A program made the position numbers and the translations under genes. A model generated the notes under the pieces. It was not told the origin of the DNA and ran no database searches. It saw only the letters and a program-made list of their open reading frames with translations. DNA of 62,469 nt, filler included, from Nemertoderma westbladi (lineage: Eukaryota; Animalia; Xenacoelomorpha), in NCBI GenBank assembly GCA_032718475.1. It is 3 parts of 3 records of this genome, joined end to end, with 100 filler letters (N's around TTAATTAATTAA, not from the genome) between each part and the next. Parts side by side here need not be neighbours in the genome. Positions count along the whole stretch, not along the records: positions 31,652 to 51,569 come from JAUCBJ010005346.1; positions 51,670 to 62,469 come from JAUCBJ010001867.1; 1 more part is not named here. One strand, 5' to 3'. Below, in pieces: positions 50,165 through 62,469 of this stretch. The first letter of the stretch is position 1; the number at the start of each line of letters is the position of its first letter.

Positions 50165-50710
50165 ATGGGCTTTCCAGGATTTGGAAGTCACATAGAATTC
50201 ATCGGACCTTAAGGTCCGATTATTTAGTGCAGCAGTAGTTCCAGTACTCTACTTGGGAGTCAATGCTGGGCTCTAACTGCTGAGGATACCAAATCTCTGG
50301 ATGGCACATTCACAAGAATGACTACGCCGGGTTCACTGTGTCAAGTACAATGCACACATCTCGAACCAGACACTATATAACATTGGAGGTGTCTCATTGG
50401 TTCTCCCAAGCTTGACACTTGAACAAAGCCGCCTCCGCTTTGCAGGACATTGCTTTAGCCGTGAGGACCAGCCAGTGCATAATCTTGTGCTTTGGCGGCC
50501 TCATGGAGTGAATAAGCATGTTGGGCAGCAATTTTTTTTTGATACGCATCTTAAAGGACACTGGACTTGAAGATGCGGATGATCTAGCAAATGTCATGGG
50601 TGATAGGGAGTTGTGGCGGCGCAATTTTGTCGACAAGCCGGTATAGCATTCTTAATATATATACTGTATAATATATATATAATGCAGCTGCAATGCAGCA
50701 TGCCGATTGT
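50165..50710 (+). mobile_element. RTE-like 3' fragment, inverted relative to 59435-59915
   Basis: Closely matches the reverse complement of the 59.5-kb copy; LSRIWKS...KVRLF remnant. Confidence 0.8.
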
Positions 50711-51194
50711 AGTAGTAGTAATCTCATTATCATTTAAATTATTTTGGGATGGTGGGGAGAGTGTTCCATGTACCAGAATTAAGTCACTATATTCTAGTAC
50801 ATGGTTGGTGTAAAGAAAGATTGGACTTTTTTTTCCTACAAAACATGGAAGAGAAACAAAAAAAATAGTTTCTTTAAAATGGCCGAGTTTTACGTTCAAA
50901 TACATTTGGCTTAATTTTCTAAATATGGCGTTCCTAACATTGCTGTACATCTTCTAGTTGTAATAGTGCAGTATTAATGTCACTGCAGTATTATCCGTCT
51001 CGCTACCGGTACAGTTTTACATAAGCGAGCATTAGAGGATCATAAAACGACATTTTTGGAATAGATTTATTTATTACACGAAAAAATCGAATCTTTTCTC
51101 ATACAGTATGAACCCTTGATGTAAGAAAAACTCGCTCTAAAAAAACGTATTTTTGTTTTCTCGTAATAAATATTATAAATATTAAATTTCTAAA

Positions 51195-51480
51195 TTAATA
51201 ATTACTAATTTGTGAGTTCACTGAGCCGTATTGCCTTGAATCGCTGATACTATTATGTACAGAGCTTTCGCTACTTGAGTTCTTGGATGGGCTGTGATTG
51301 GTTATGTCGATGATGTAATAATCCTCGTTAGGGTAGTTGCAGAGGGCAGGTATGAGTTCTATAAGAAGTATAAACACAAGTATTAAAGTACCAGTCACTC
51401 CGAGAATCAGTCCAGTTGATATGCATATGTCCAGACGATGGTGCAGCCAATAGGCGCGTTGTCGTAACTTTTCTGATTCT
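51195..51480 (-). CDS. Possible terminal exon of an unidentified membrane protein
   Basis: Acceptor ttgttgtttcag at 51481; hydrophobic ICISTGLILGVTGTLILVFILLI; stop at 51195; upstream exons would lie beyond the gap. Confidence 0.45.
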
Positions 51481-51569
51481 CTGAAACAACAATGTAACAA
51501 GATATATTCAAATTGATAGTTTTAAAGGTAGAGTGTAAACTGAGTCACTTATGTCAATAAAATGTTCCA

Positions 51570-51669
51570 NNNNNNNNNNNNNNNNNNNNNNNNNNNNNNN
51601 NNNNNNNNNNNNNTTAATTAATTAANNNNNNNNNNNNNNNNNNNNNNNNNNNNNNNNNNNNNNNNNNNN
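51570..51669. other. Assembly gap spacer with six-frame stop linker
   Basis: N44-TTAATTAATTAA-N44. Confidence 0.97.
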
Positions 51670-53477
51670 ATTCGTGTTGAGCAACATAAATATTTCGCTG
51701 GGGAAGTCACATCCCTTACCAAGAATCCTGATCAGCTGATCACTAGGAGTTCCCCACTTTGGCGATTTCACCCTCTCCTGAAAGATGGAATCCTTGTATT
51801 TATACCTCGGACTGGTGAGATCCCATTAATATTGCTTCCCCAACGTAGCCACTTAACATACCTTATTGTTCAGCAAACCCACCAAGTCCTTCAACACCAA
51901 GGCCCTGAGGCAACATTGTCTCAGATTCGTATCCGCTATTGGATACCTAAGGGTCGCTCCTTGGTCCGTAAGATTGTCCATGGATGCCCTCATTGTCAAC
52001 GCTATCGTGCTGTTGCATATAAACCCCCTGAATCAAGTCTGCCATCATTTCATTCTACTGCTTTAGCTCCCTTCCAGACTACTGGTATTGATTTTTTGGG
52101 ACCTCTTTATACTACTGGGAAAGTCAAGGTTTGGGTAGCCTTATTCACTTGTGCCTGCATTCGTGCATTCAGCCTTGAACCTGTTGACAATCTTAAGTCA
52201 CAATCTGCATATCTTGCAGTGCGTAAGTTTCTTGCTCGCCGGGTCCCACCTTTTCAGATGGTAGAGTTCCGCTCTGATAATGCCAAGACGTTTCTTTCCC
52301 TCAGTACCATGCGCTTCCCATCTCATGTCATTACTTGGAGATTTATTCCTGCCCGCTCACCACATTGGGGTGGCTATTGGGAGCGTCTGGTTCGTTCTGT
52401 GAAGACCTGCCTTCGAACTGTTTGTCATGGTACTGTTCTATCTCGGCCTGAACTGGATGCCTTCCTCGCTGAGACGGAGTCGGTTCTTAACCAGAGGCCA
52501 CTTACTGCTGCTTCATCTGATCCATCTGATCACCCTCCCATAACACCTGCCAACTTTATCTATGGTGCTCCACCTCCTGTATCAACTGTTGATGCTGATG
52601 CCATAGATGCACCTCTGATTCGCTCTGCCTTGTATAAGCGTGATAAAGCCAACCACCTTTTTTGGAAGCTGTGGTCGCATGACTATCTGTCCTCTTTGCG
52701 CACTTGTCGCACTGCTGGTAGTGGTCATGGCAAATTACCCGCCATTGGTGACATTGTATTCATTCGCGAGTCTCTTCCCAAGGGCCGTGTCTGGACTCCC
52801 CGCGGCCAATGGCCAATTGGCCGCATCACCCAAATCTTTATTGGGAAAGATGGTTATCCACATTCTGTTGAACTAAAACTCCGTGGCCGTACAACAACTC
52901 GCACTGCGCACTTGCTTGTACCACTCGAATGTGACTCGCCTTACATTTACAACTGTGACCGTGAGGGCTTGCATCAGCCAGCCACTCATGGCTCTCCCAA
53001 CCGTGGGGGCACTACTGTTGTTGACTCGCACCACCCCCTACCCATCAATTCGGCGCCACCTGGGGACAATCATGAAGTTTCTGCACCCCACCCATTGGAT
53101 GTGTCTCCACCAGATGTGACTATTACCCGTTCCGGTCGAACTGTTAAGCGCCCTGATCGATTTCGTGATTGATCTCCATCACGACGTGGGGGTGTGCCGA
53201 CGTTTATATACTCCTTTCCTACTTATAGACTTAAAGACTCCTTAACTACAGTAGAGATATATAATGGACTTTGATTATATGCTTTATGGCCTTATTGCAG
53301 ACATACCGTACTTACCTACCGGTATAGTACCTAATGCCTTCTTACCTGTCATGCCTGTCAGTCTGTATGCCGACCTACCTGCCGACCTATTATATTTCAG
53401 TACTTATTATATTATACAGTCCACAAGTTACGCCTACCTTTTCTCTTACCACCTTACCAACCTTTGGCATTGCCACA
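51670..53477 (+). mobile_element. Second, divergent BEL/Pao element: integrase to stop at 53172, PPT and probable short 3' LTR (~53193-53477)
   Basis: HHCC zinc finger, GIDFLGP, SDNAKTF, WGGYWERLVRSVK, DUF5641-like tail; gtgggggtg PPT. LTR end uncertain. Confidence 0.85.
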
Positions 53478-54559
53478 GGTTCTTTAGGGAGTTTAGTAGG
53501 ACCGGTTTATCATCGCAATTTATCATGGGGGTCAGCGATCAACCTACCGCGCAATGTAACCGACTCAGTATCTGTGGAAGCCTTCAAACACGCAGTAAAA
53601 TCACATTTCCTGTGCCCACTTGATTGACATCTCGACCTCCTTCTATTTTTAGAACTTTAACTTTCATACTCCGTAAAGTATTTTACTTACCAAAAGAACA
53701 TATTTTTTAAATTTATATCAAAGCACCTCAAAATGTTTTACGCAAGATATATTTTTACTTAATAATATAGTACTACCCTGCTAACCAGACACGCTACACG
53801 CTATTATACCAAACGTTTGTTTATATGCTTGAATCATGTTGACATGTTTTTTTCTAAACTTGTTTTAATCAACATGTTATTTTAACATCTAAATAACATA
53901 ATATCCAATCATGTTATAATCAAACATTTGTTGATCACGTTTTTATGATACCTAAATGTAACATGTTTTATCATGTAATTATTTAACATTTGTTTTACAC
54001 GTTATTGTGTAACATAAATCATACATGTTTATTCCAACTGTTTGTTAAATGCTACTTTGTCGTGTTGAACAAACGTCCTGCACATCATTGCCAATATGTC
54101 TTAAGGCTGTAAGGCTGTTTGAATAAACCGCCTAAAATTTACCGCCAAATTCGTTTATAGGCCTATAAATCAAGCAGCAGTGCATGCAGTACTGCAGTAC
54201 ATCAGTCAATCAGTAGACACTCCACTGCCTGCCCCAGCCTACCAGCACCACTCAGCCACATTCTGAGAGCTTGACAGTAGTGCTGCAGTGTGTAGGCCAG
54301 CCTGCCAGCTGTTTACTGGTTTAAGTGCTGCAATAGGGTTGACCATACTACCATATGTTTGTTTACTGCCGTATGCCTATATTAACTGATTAACTGTTCA
54401 AGTTATTTTTAATTAAGCTTCATACTGTCTGACTGTCATACAGTCATATAAACTGATAAATCTTTTTATATTATACATTATATGTTATAGCCTATAGGCC
54501 TACATAACATATAATACATAATATATGTCATACAGTCATATACATTATATATTATTTAT

Positions 54560-56277
54560 GTAGGGTAGGATACCCCAATTCCGGACAGAATTTCGAATTT
54601 CTCTCTATTGTAGCTCAACCATACTGTAGTTTCATCCAATCAAAAGATGATTCTAACAGTACAGGACATTATCCTACATCAAAATAAAATCTTAACATTG
54701 AGTGCCCAGCGCCATCTAATGGGCGCAAAGGGGCACTTTTTTTTACAAGATTGGGTTGTCCGGTATTTGGGCAGGTGTCCAATTTCCGGACAGAGTATAA
54801 ATTTGTCTCTTCCTATGTCTGTTTGCTCTACAAATCTATATTTTACATTATAGAAAGGTGAAAGGTGCCTAAGACCCGAATACATGTATCACCCTGCTAC
54901 CATGTTGTCAGGGGGTGGGGTGGGGGTCTGTTCAGTGGTCTACCTGTCTGTTTGTCTGTCTTCCCACAACTTAAAAACACTAGTTCATGAAAGTCTAAAT
55001 TCATACAATTTTCCGATTTGCACAACTTTTTTTTGTTTTGAATTTCTAAGCAAACACAATTAGTTAATGTCAATAATTTGTAAACCAACCTGCCATTTGT
55101 CTGTCTGTTCGTTTGTCGGTCTGTCTGTTCGTTTTTCTGTCTATCCATTTCTATGCAGTAAATCTTTCAATCACAGTAAAACGCCAGATCACCAATTACA
55201 CTGTCACAGAAGTCCAGGACTCATTCTGGGTGGAATATTATTCAGCACACAAACTCATTAGAGCGGAGTGTCCCCCTCCCCTCCTTGCCTTTTGGTAAGA
55301 GCCAAGAGAGAAAAGACTTCGGGTTCCCTTCTTGTCTCACATTTACCAATAAAATTGTACTTAAGCTGTTAAGGGACAAATTTAGAGCAGGCAGGTGACT
55401 GATGAATTGCGTATGATGAGTTGGTAATAATTCAATATATTATATAAATCTCAGATTCACTCTATTCACTATTTCTCAACTAAACTCAAATAAATGTAAA
55501 CAAATATAAACAAATTAAAAATAAACAAGATACAGCCAAATTTACTGATTTATCAATGTTTATACATATAATTATGTATGTATTAGGCCTATGTAAGTAG
55601 GCCTATTGTTATTGTAAGTATTTTTGTACATGTATCTATTTATTTATTATACATGTGGGGCGAGCCACGAAGTTGGCGGAGCCTTAGCGAATTGACACTG
55701 TTAGGGGGTGGGTCAATTTATGCAAATAGTTGTCGTCGTCGTTGTCGTCGTCGTCGTCGTTGTCGTCGTCGTCGTCGTTACGATTTTGACATGCTAATAA
55801 CTTTGTCGGATTTAAAGCTGCCAAGTTGAAAATTTGTAGGTATCAATATGAGCAAAAGTTGAGATTTTTGAGAGACTTTCAGACACCATCAGTGCAATGG
55901 TCTCCCGCTAGAGGGCCACATGTCTAAACATTAAATGCCCTCCCATTTCTTTGCTTTTAATCCGTTTAAGCTGAAACTTGGCAGATATGTATTAGACCAT
56001 TAGCTGTGACTTTCAAAGGAGGCGAATCCATCTGCAGTTCTCCAGTCTGCCGCTAGAGGGCCAACGTGACTATTTGCATAAATTGACCCACCCCCTAACA
56101 GTGTCAATTCGCTAAGGCTCTGCCAACTTCGTGCTGCGCGAAGTCCCCACTTCGTGTAGAATAGGTCTGTACTGTAGGTAGGAAACATACATCGTATATT
56201 TAAGTATATTTATTTATATTATATATATTATAAATATATGTTATTATTATTAATATAATTATTAATATAATAATTTA

Positions 56278-56308
<31 letters not shown>

Positions 56309-58040
56309 CGGTAGGGTAGGATACCCCAATTCCGGACAGAATTTCAAATTTCTCTCTATTGTAGCTCAACCATAGTTTCATCCAACCTAAAGATGATTCT
56401 AACAGTACAGGACATTATCCTACATCAAAATAAAATCTTAACATTGAGTGCCCAGCGCCATCTAATGGGCGCAAAGGGGCACTTTTTTACAAGATTGGGT
56501 TGTCCGGTATTTGGGCAGGTGTCCAATTTCCGGACAGAGTATAAATTTGTCTCTTCCTATGTCTGTTTGCTCCACAAATCTATAGTTTACATTATAGAAA
56601 GGTTCCTAAGACCCGAATACATGTATCACCATGCTGCCATGTTGTCAGGGGGTGGGGTGGGGGTCTGTTCAGTGGTCTACCTGTCTGTTTGTCTGTCTTT
56701 CCACAACTTAAAAACACTAGTACATGAAAGTCTGAATTCATACAATTTTCCGATTTGCACAACTTTTTTTGTTTTAAATTTCTAAGCAAACACAATTAGT
56801 TAATGTCAATAATTTGTAAACCAACCTGCCATTTGTCTGTCTGTTTGTTTGTCGGTCTGTCTGTTCGTTTTTCTGTCTATCCATTTCTATGCAGTAAATC
56901 TTTCAATTACAGTAAAACGCCAGATCACCAATTACACTGTCACAGAAGTCCAGGACTCATTCTGGGTGGAATATTATTCAGAGCACAAACTCATTAGAGC
57001 GGAGTGTCCCCCTCCCCTCCTTGCCTTTTGGTAAGAGCCAAGAGAGAAAAGACTTCGGGTTCCCTTCTTGTCTCACATTTACCAATAAAATTGTACTTAA
57101 GCTGTTAAGGGACAAATTTAGAGCAGGCAGGTGACTGATGAATTGCGTATGATGAGTTGGTAATAATTCAATAATATTATATAAATCTCAGATTCACTCT
57201 ATTCACTATTTCTCAACTAAACTCAAATAAATGTAAACAAATATAAACAAATTAATAATAAACAAGATACAGCCAAATTTACTGATTTATCAATGTTTAT
57301 ACATATAATTATGTATGTATTAGGCCTATGTAAGTAGGCCTATTGTTATTGTAAGTATTTTTGTACATGTATCTATTTATTTATTATACATGTGGGGCGA
57401 GCCACGAAGTTGGCGGAGCCTTAGCGAATTGACACTGTTAGGGGGTGGGTCAATTTATGCAAATAGTTGTCGTCGTCGTTGTCGTCGTCGTCGTCGTTGT
57501 CGTCGTCGTCGTTACGATTTTGACATGCTAATAACTTTGTCGGATTTAAAGCTGCCAAGTTGAAAATTTGTAGGTATCAATATGAGCAAAAGTTGAGATT
57601 TTTGAGAGACTTTCAGACACCATCAGTGCAATGGTCTCCCGCTAGAGGGCCACATGTCTAAACATTAAATGCCCTCCCATTTCTTTGCTTTTAATCCGTT
57701 TAAGCTGAAACTTGGCAGATATGTATTAGACCATTAGCTGTGACTTTCAAAGGAGGCGAATCCATCTGCAGTTCTCCAGTCTGCCGCTAGAGGGCCAACG
57801 TGACTATTTGCATAAATTGACCCACCCCCTAACAGTGTCAATTCGCTAAGGCTCTGCCAACTTCGTGCTGCGCGAAGTCCCCACTTCGTGTAGAATAGGT
57901 CTGTACTGTAGGTAGGAAACATACATCGTATATTTAAGTATATTTATTTATATTATATATATTATAAATATATGTTATTATTATTAATATAATTATTAAT
58001 ATAATAATTTAATTATAATATATATATATATATATATACG
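54560..58040 (+). repeat. Tandem duplication, two ~1.74-kb near-identical units joined in an AT-rich microsatellite
   Basis: Units start gtagggtaggataccccaattccggacag at ~54560 and ~56310; matching ORFs offset by 1734-1746 bp. Confidence 0.95.
55655..56156. mobile_element. DINE/HINE-like non-autonomous element (copy at 57392-57890)
   Basis: ~65-bp inverted repeat, (GTC)n microsatellite, terminal hairpin cgaagtccccacttcg. Confidence 0.75.
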
Positions 58041-59434
58041 GTAGGCCTATTATATTAGGCCTACATATATATATATATTACATACATTTATATATACATA
58101 CATTACATACATACATTCAATATAGGGTAAACTGGGGTGAAGTGAGCTAGGGGTAAAGTGAGCTATTTTTTAATTTATTTTTTTAAATATAGAAATTTTT
58201 ATTATTTCCATTCTCTAAAATCATTATAATGTCTACAAATATACTAGCTTTGATCTAATGTACAAAATAACTTACGACAGCTTGAAATTTCGAAGCAATT
58301 AAATTTTTTACAAAATATGAAAAAAAAGTTGAAAATTCAGCATACAAACTTTTTGGTTATTGATTTTAAAATACAAAATAATAAACAACGAATTAAGGTA
58401 GAGAGTTGTCATTACCGCAAATAATGGTAAATACGTGATACTTGAGATATCCCGTGCAATTTTTATCATTCGACAACTAATTATTTACTTAATTAATTAA
58501 TTAATTTGGTTCACTTTACCCCTTAAATATATTGGCAATGGGGTAAAGTGAGCTATTGAAATTTTGGTGCTGTTTATGTTTTAGAAAATTTTATATTTCA
58601 TTATTATCTCTTAATTTGTAACAGAATGTTGTTTGGATGTCGGGTGGGCCCTAACTCTAGGTTTTAGCTGTCAGGTCAGGCCCGAGGTCGGTCTAATAAA
58701 TAAACGTCTTAGGCCTGTAGATTAGTACCAGTAGTGCTACAATTTCCACTACTAGGCCTACTGTATTCAGGTTTATTGTTTGTTTGTTGGTTATTTAGAT
58801 TTATATATAATCAGTCGGTGATATAGGCGATTTTGGACTTGATCCAATTTTGGAACTTGCTAAGTCAAAATTGGACTTCCATTCCAATATCGGAAGTAAT
58901 TTTGATATGAATTACAGTGAATTTTCCACGGCCTGCAATTTTTTCAGACGGGATCTGAAATTTAACCTACATGTTCTTTACTACAAAATAAGAGTTTTAA
59001 CCGTGCACGAGAAAATTTCATGGTGCACCACAAAGACAACCGACATTTAAAGTTTTGCGCATCCAATTTTGGACTTTAGGTCCAATTTTGTCTTTCCATC
59101 AGAACTATACTACTGTACTACACTGTACGTACAGTACACTGCAGTAAAATGGCAGAATGGGTAGCGTATTGTTTCTATTGAACAGCAAATAGCAGCACTT
59201 AGCACTTTAAGTCCACAGTTGTCTTTCTGAATGAAATTTATCTTATTTACTCCAGTACTCTATTCTGTTTCACTTTGTCAATGTACATACTGTACTGACT
59301 GACCAAGGCCATCTAAATAACAGGCCATGATAAGGACCATGACAAGGCAAAATTATCATAGGCTGACTGCTTAATTATCAAATATTATATTTTCCACGAA
59401 TGCAGGGTCCATCCAGGAGAAATAGGCTAGGACT

Positions 59435-59915
59435 AGGATCGGCATGCTGCATTGCAGCTGCATTTTTAAGAATGCTGTGCCGGCTTATCGACAAAATTGC
59501 ACCGCCACAACTCCCTATCACCCATGACATTTGCTAGATCATCCGCATCTTCAAGGCCAGTGTCCTTTAAGATGCGTCTCAAGAAAGTCATGGGCTGTCC
59601 ACCATGCTTATTCACTCCATGAGGCTGCCAAAGTACAAGATTATGCACTGGCTGGTCCTCACGGCGAAAGCAATGTCCTGCAAGGCGGAGGCGATTTTGT
59701 TCTAGTGTCAAGCTTGGGGGAACCAATGAGACACCTCCAATGTTATATAGTGTCTGGTTGGAGATGTGTGCATTGAACTTGACACAATGAACCCGGCGTA
59801 GCATTCTTGTGAATGTGCCGTCCAGAGATTTGGTGTCCTCAGCAGTTAGAGCCCAGCATGGACTCCCATAGAGGAGTACTGGAACTACTGCTGCTCTAAA
59901 TATCCGGACCTTAAG
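59435..59915 (-). mobile_element. RTE-like LINE 3' fragment
   Basis: LKVRIFRAAVVPVLLYGSPCWALT...LAGHCFRREDQPVHNLVLWQP, homologous to the ORF at 46202-46606. Confidence 0.85.
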
Positions 59916-61442
59916 TGCGATGTGCGATGTGTGCGATAAATATTGGTCATGCACCAGCTGCTTACCAGTTAATTTCGATTACGATGCAGAATTTGTCTGC
60001 GATCACTGTTCATAAAGGAATTGCATGATCTACAATACTGCTATACTCAATAAATAATTGATCTATTATCTTTTCTACCATAATAACTACCGGTATATTA
60101 ATTACCACTGACTTGCCTCATCATAATGAACATACTGTATTACGTTCCATTCCCTGCTGCCCTTGGCCGGGATTAGGGAATTATATAGATGAATTTCAAA
60201 CTGCTTTTCTTTCTATTATGATATAATAATTAATAGTATCAGAAGGTATATAACTCATTGGGTATTGAAATTGTCAATAATATGTTAAAATTATTTACAA
60301 TTATTTGTTACACATAAATATCTGACAAGTGGGTGATGAAAAAAACAGCCTTTATTGTGTCTAAAACATTTAAATACTTAATGTGTAATACTTATGCAAC
60401 CTCATAAGCAGACCTTGGTTCTAAAGTATTTAATCTGATGAATAATTTTGAAAATTTAACTTTTAAATTGAATAATATATAATATATAATAATAATACTG
60501 AAGAAGGCATGGGTGGGATCCGAAACTTGTCATGCATGTTTCCCTTATCCATGTTACTAATCATGATTCATTTCAAGCACCCATCGTTTATCAGACGCTT
60601 GCAGTGATGTTCCGAAAGTATGGCAATTTTGGAAAGTTTCAATTTTCCAGATGATATGGAGGTCTGACTTGATGGTGGTACATAAAAATTGTACCACAGA
60701 ACCCCCCTTTGTTATATCTAACTATTTACGAAATGTTATGGGCTACCCACTAATCAGACCACTCTAACTCAAGCCTCAAAAAGACAAAATTTGTCGAAAA
60801 GTCCAATCTTTGGCCACATAGAAAAGTTGGTCTGACAATAAGTGGGTGGTATTTATTCATGGTTTTAATGTGTATGAGACCTATTTATGTGTACAATAAA
60901 CATATAATGACACTCCACCCACTAGTCAGAAAGATTTTCTGTAGGTTTCAATATGGTTTCATTGTGGATATGCTGATATGTTCGTATAAATCTCAAACTT
61001 TGAACTGGAATATCTCGAAAACCAATACACCATCATCCAGTCATCAGAAATATTTCATCAGGTGTCATTTTATACCATTTCCGACCATATATCCAAAAAT
61101 AAACGAAATCGATGACCCCATGCCACCGCGATTTGTCGAATTTGGATGGAATTAGGCGTACCATATAGCAGAGGTCAGCAGGTACCGGTAGTTAGTTAGT
61201 TCAGTAGTACAGTAGTTTCAGACTGCTGGACTGTGAGACTGTACTGCTGTACTGCAGTACTGTACTCAGGTACCGCAGTACCGGCTGACCGGCAGACCGG
61301 TACTATATCTCTGTCAGTCTGTATCTGTACCGGTATATACTGATATAGGCAGATGGGCCAACTCTGTACCTACTGTACAGTCTCGCTCTGGTCTACTGCA
61401 GTACTGGTCTAATCTGTCTGCTGGTCTGTCTGTGATCAGATA

Positions 61443-61562
61443 ATGGATTCATGTAAAGATGAAAGCTTCACCGGTCAGTTGAAAGACTTGGAGAGACGGG
61501 TGGATGACTTAAATGCGCTCGTTATCGGTCAGAATGGAAAGGACAACGTTAACGTGGATGAG
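61443..61562 (+). CDS. DCTN3: Probable first coding exon of dynactin subunit 3 (p22/p24)
   Basis: MDSCKDESFTGQLKDLERRVDDLNALVIGQNGKDNVNVDE|gtaggc; L..L..RV..L...V.G resembles the DCTN3 N-terminus; phase-0 donor. Only 40 codons, so tentative. Confidence 0.5.
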
Positions 61563-61576
61563 GTAGGCCTATGTAA

Positions 61577-61797
61577 GTTATAGTTCATATCCGTACCGAC
61601 CTGACCGATATGATATGATATAAGTATGAAATACCTTATGTTATTGAGATAATGTTTATTGTTTTGGTTAGAAAAGCCCACCACTGTAACCTGCTCCTTT
61701 CCGTTAATTAAGTAATGGAGATTAGTTTATTGTTTTGGTTAGAAAAGACCACCACTGTAACACCATCGGTCAAGTCGGTACGCATATGAACGATAAC
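61577..61797. mobile_element. MITE, second copy of 36403-36634, in the putative DCTN3 intron
   Basis: ~33-bp TIR gttatagttcatatccgtaccgacctgaccgat / atcggtcaagtcggtacgcatatgaacgataac; interior near-identical to the first copy. Confidence 0.82.
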
Positions 61798-62469
61798 CGG
61801 TATGTATCATCGTCTGATCGCTGGATCGTATACAATACTCTGATCTGATACTGATACTATAGTGTACCGGTGTAGCAGAGAATTTCCATCCCCATAAATA
61901 TTCACCCCACGGACAGACGGATAAATTTCACTAGGCCAGTAGGCTGCCAGGCTGCTAGGTGCTAGGCCCTACTGCAGTACTGCCCTAGTCAACTAGTGCT
62001 GTAGTGTAGTGTCTGAGTGTATTTTCACGCCCCGGCTGCCGGGTTAGAATTCATTAGGCACTACATAGCAGACTAGGCTACTAGGGGTAATATCCATTTG
62101 AGGCCAGAGGCACAGTGGTAAGAAATTTTTTGGTCGATTCCCCCTATGCCCGTCGCCGTCAGCCCGTCTGCCCGTGGCGAAACACTTATACTTTTTTTCA
62201 AACATGTACATACATGCACTGTAATACAGTACGGTAATATAATAGGCACTAATCAGCTAATTGCTTAATACTGTAATAATAATCTGACTTTAAACAGTTA
62301 AAAAAACGTACCTACTAAAAAATGATCGATTAATTAAAAATTTCTTATATACCGGTAGGCCTACTTTATATTATATATATCATATATAGGCCTATATATA
62401 TCCTATAGGCCTATATTATATACCCGGTACAGCGGTACCGGTATACTCTATATTCTGATATTGCTTATA

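Noticed and set aside
50201-50220. Perfect 20-bp palindrome and apparently shared 5' breakpoint of three RTE fragments
   Set aside because: RTE homology (LSRIWKS) continues upstream in this copy, so the ends are not shared; the palindrome lies in decayed coding sequence and is likely chance.
54647-57922. Duplicated small ORFs as a gene family
   Set aside because: They fall in repeat-derived sequence of the tandem duplication and differ by frameshifts between copies.

Overview
Eukaryotic, most likely bilaterian invertebrate, genomic DNA; AT-rich, spliceosomal GT-AG introns, no prokaryotic features. Two 100-bp gap spacers (N44-TTAATTAATTAA-N44) split it into three segments. Host genes: VPS72/YL1 (- strand, 2 exons, four apparent 1-bp deletions), KCTD3/SHKBP1-like BTB-WD40 (+, 2 exons), an unknown low-complexity gene with FGF/YxF-like motifs (-), intronless TDRD3 (+), an orphan transmembrane terminal exon and a probable DCTN3 first exon. 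The rest is mobile and repeat DNA: an apparently intact piggyBac nested inside two other inverted-repeat elements, a near-complete BEL/Pao retrotransposon plus a second BEL 3' end, RTEX/RTE/L2/CR1 LINEs, a tRNA-derived SINE, MITEs, several minisatellites (many with a 21-bp period) and a ~1.74-kb tandem duplication. Best leads: a LEDGF/TND-binding-type ExExFxGF motif in the piggyBac transposase, a minisatellite built from the KCTD3 splice donor, promoter-clustered palindromes resembling transposon excision footprints, TE-borne CTCF-like motifs and a Tyr-heptad expansion in TDRD3. All calls are by eye; no searches were run.
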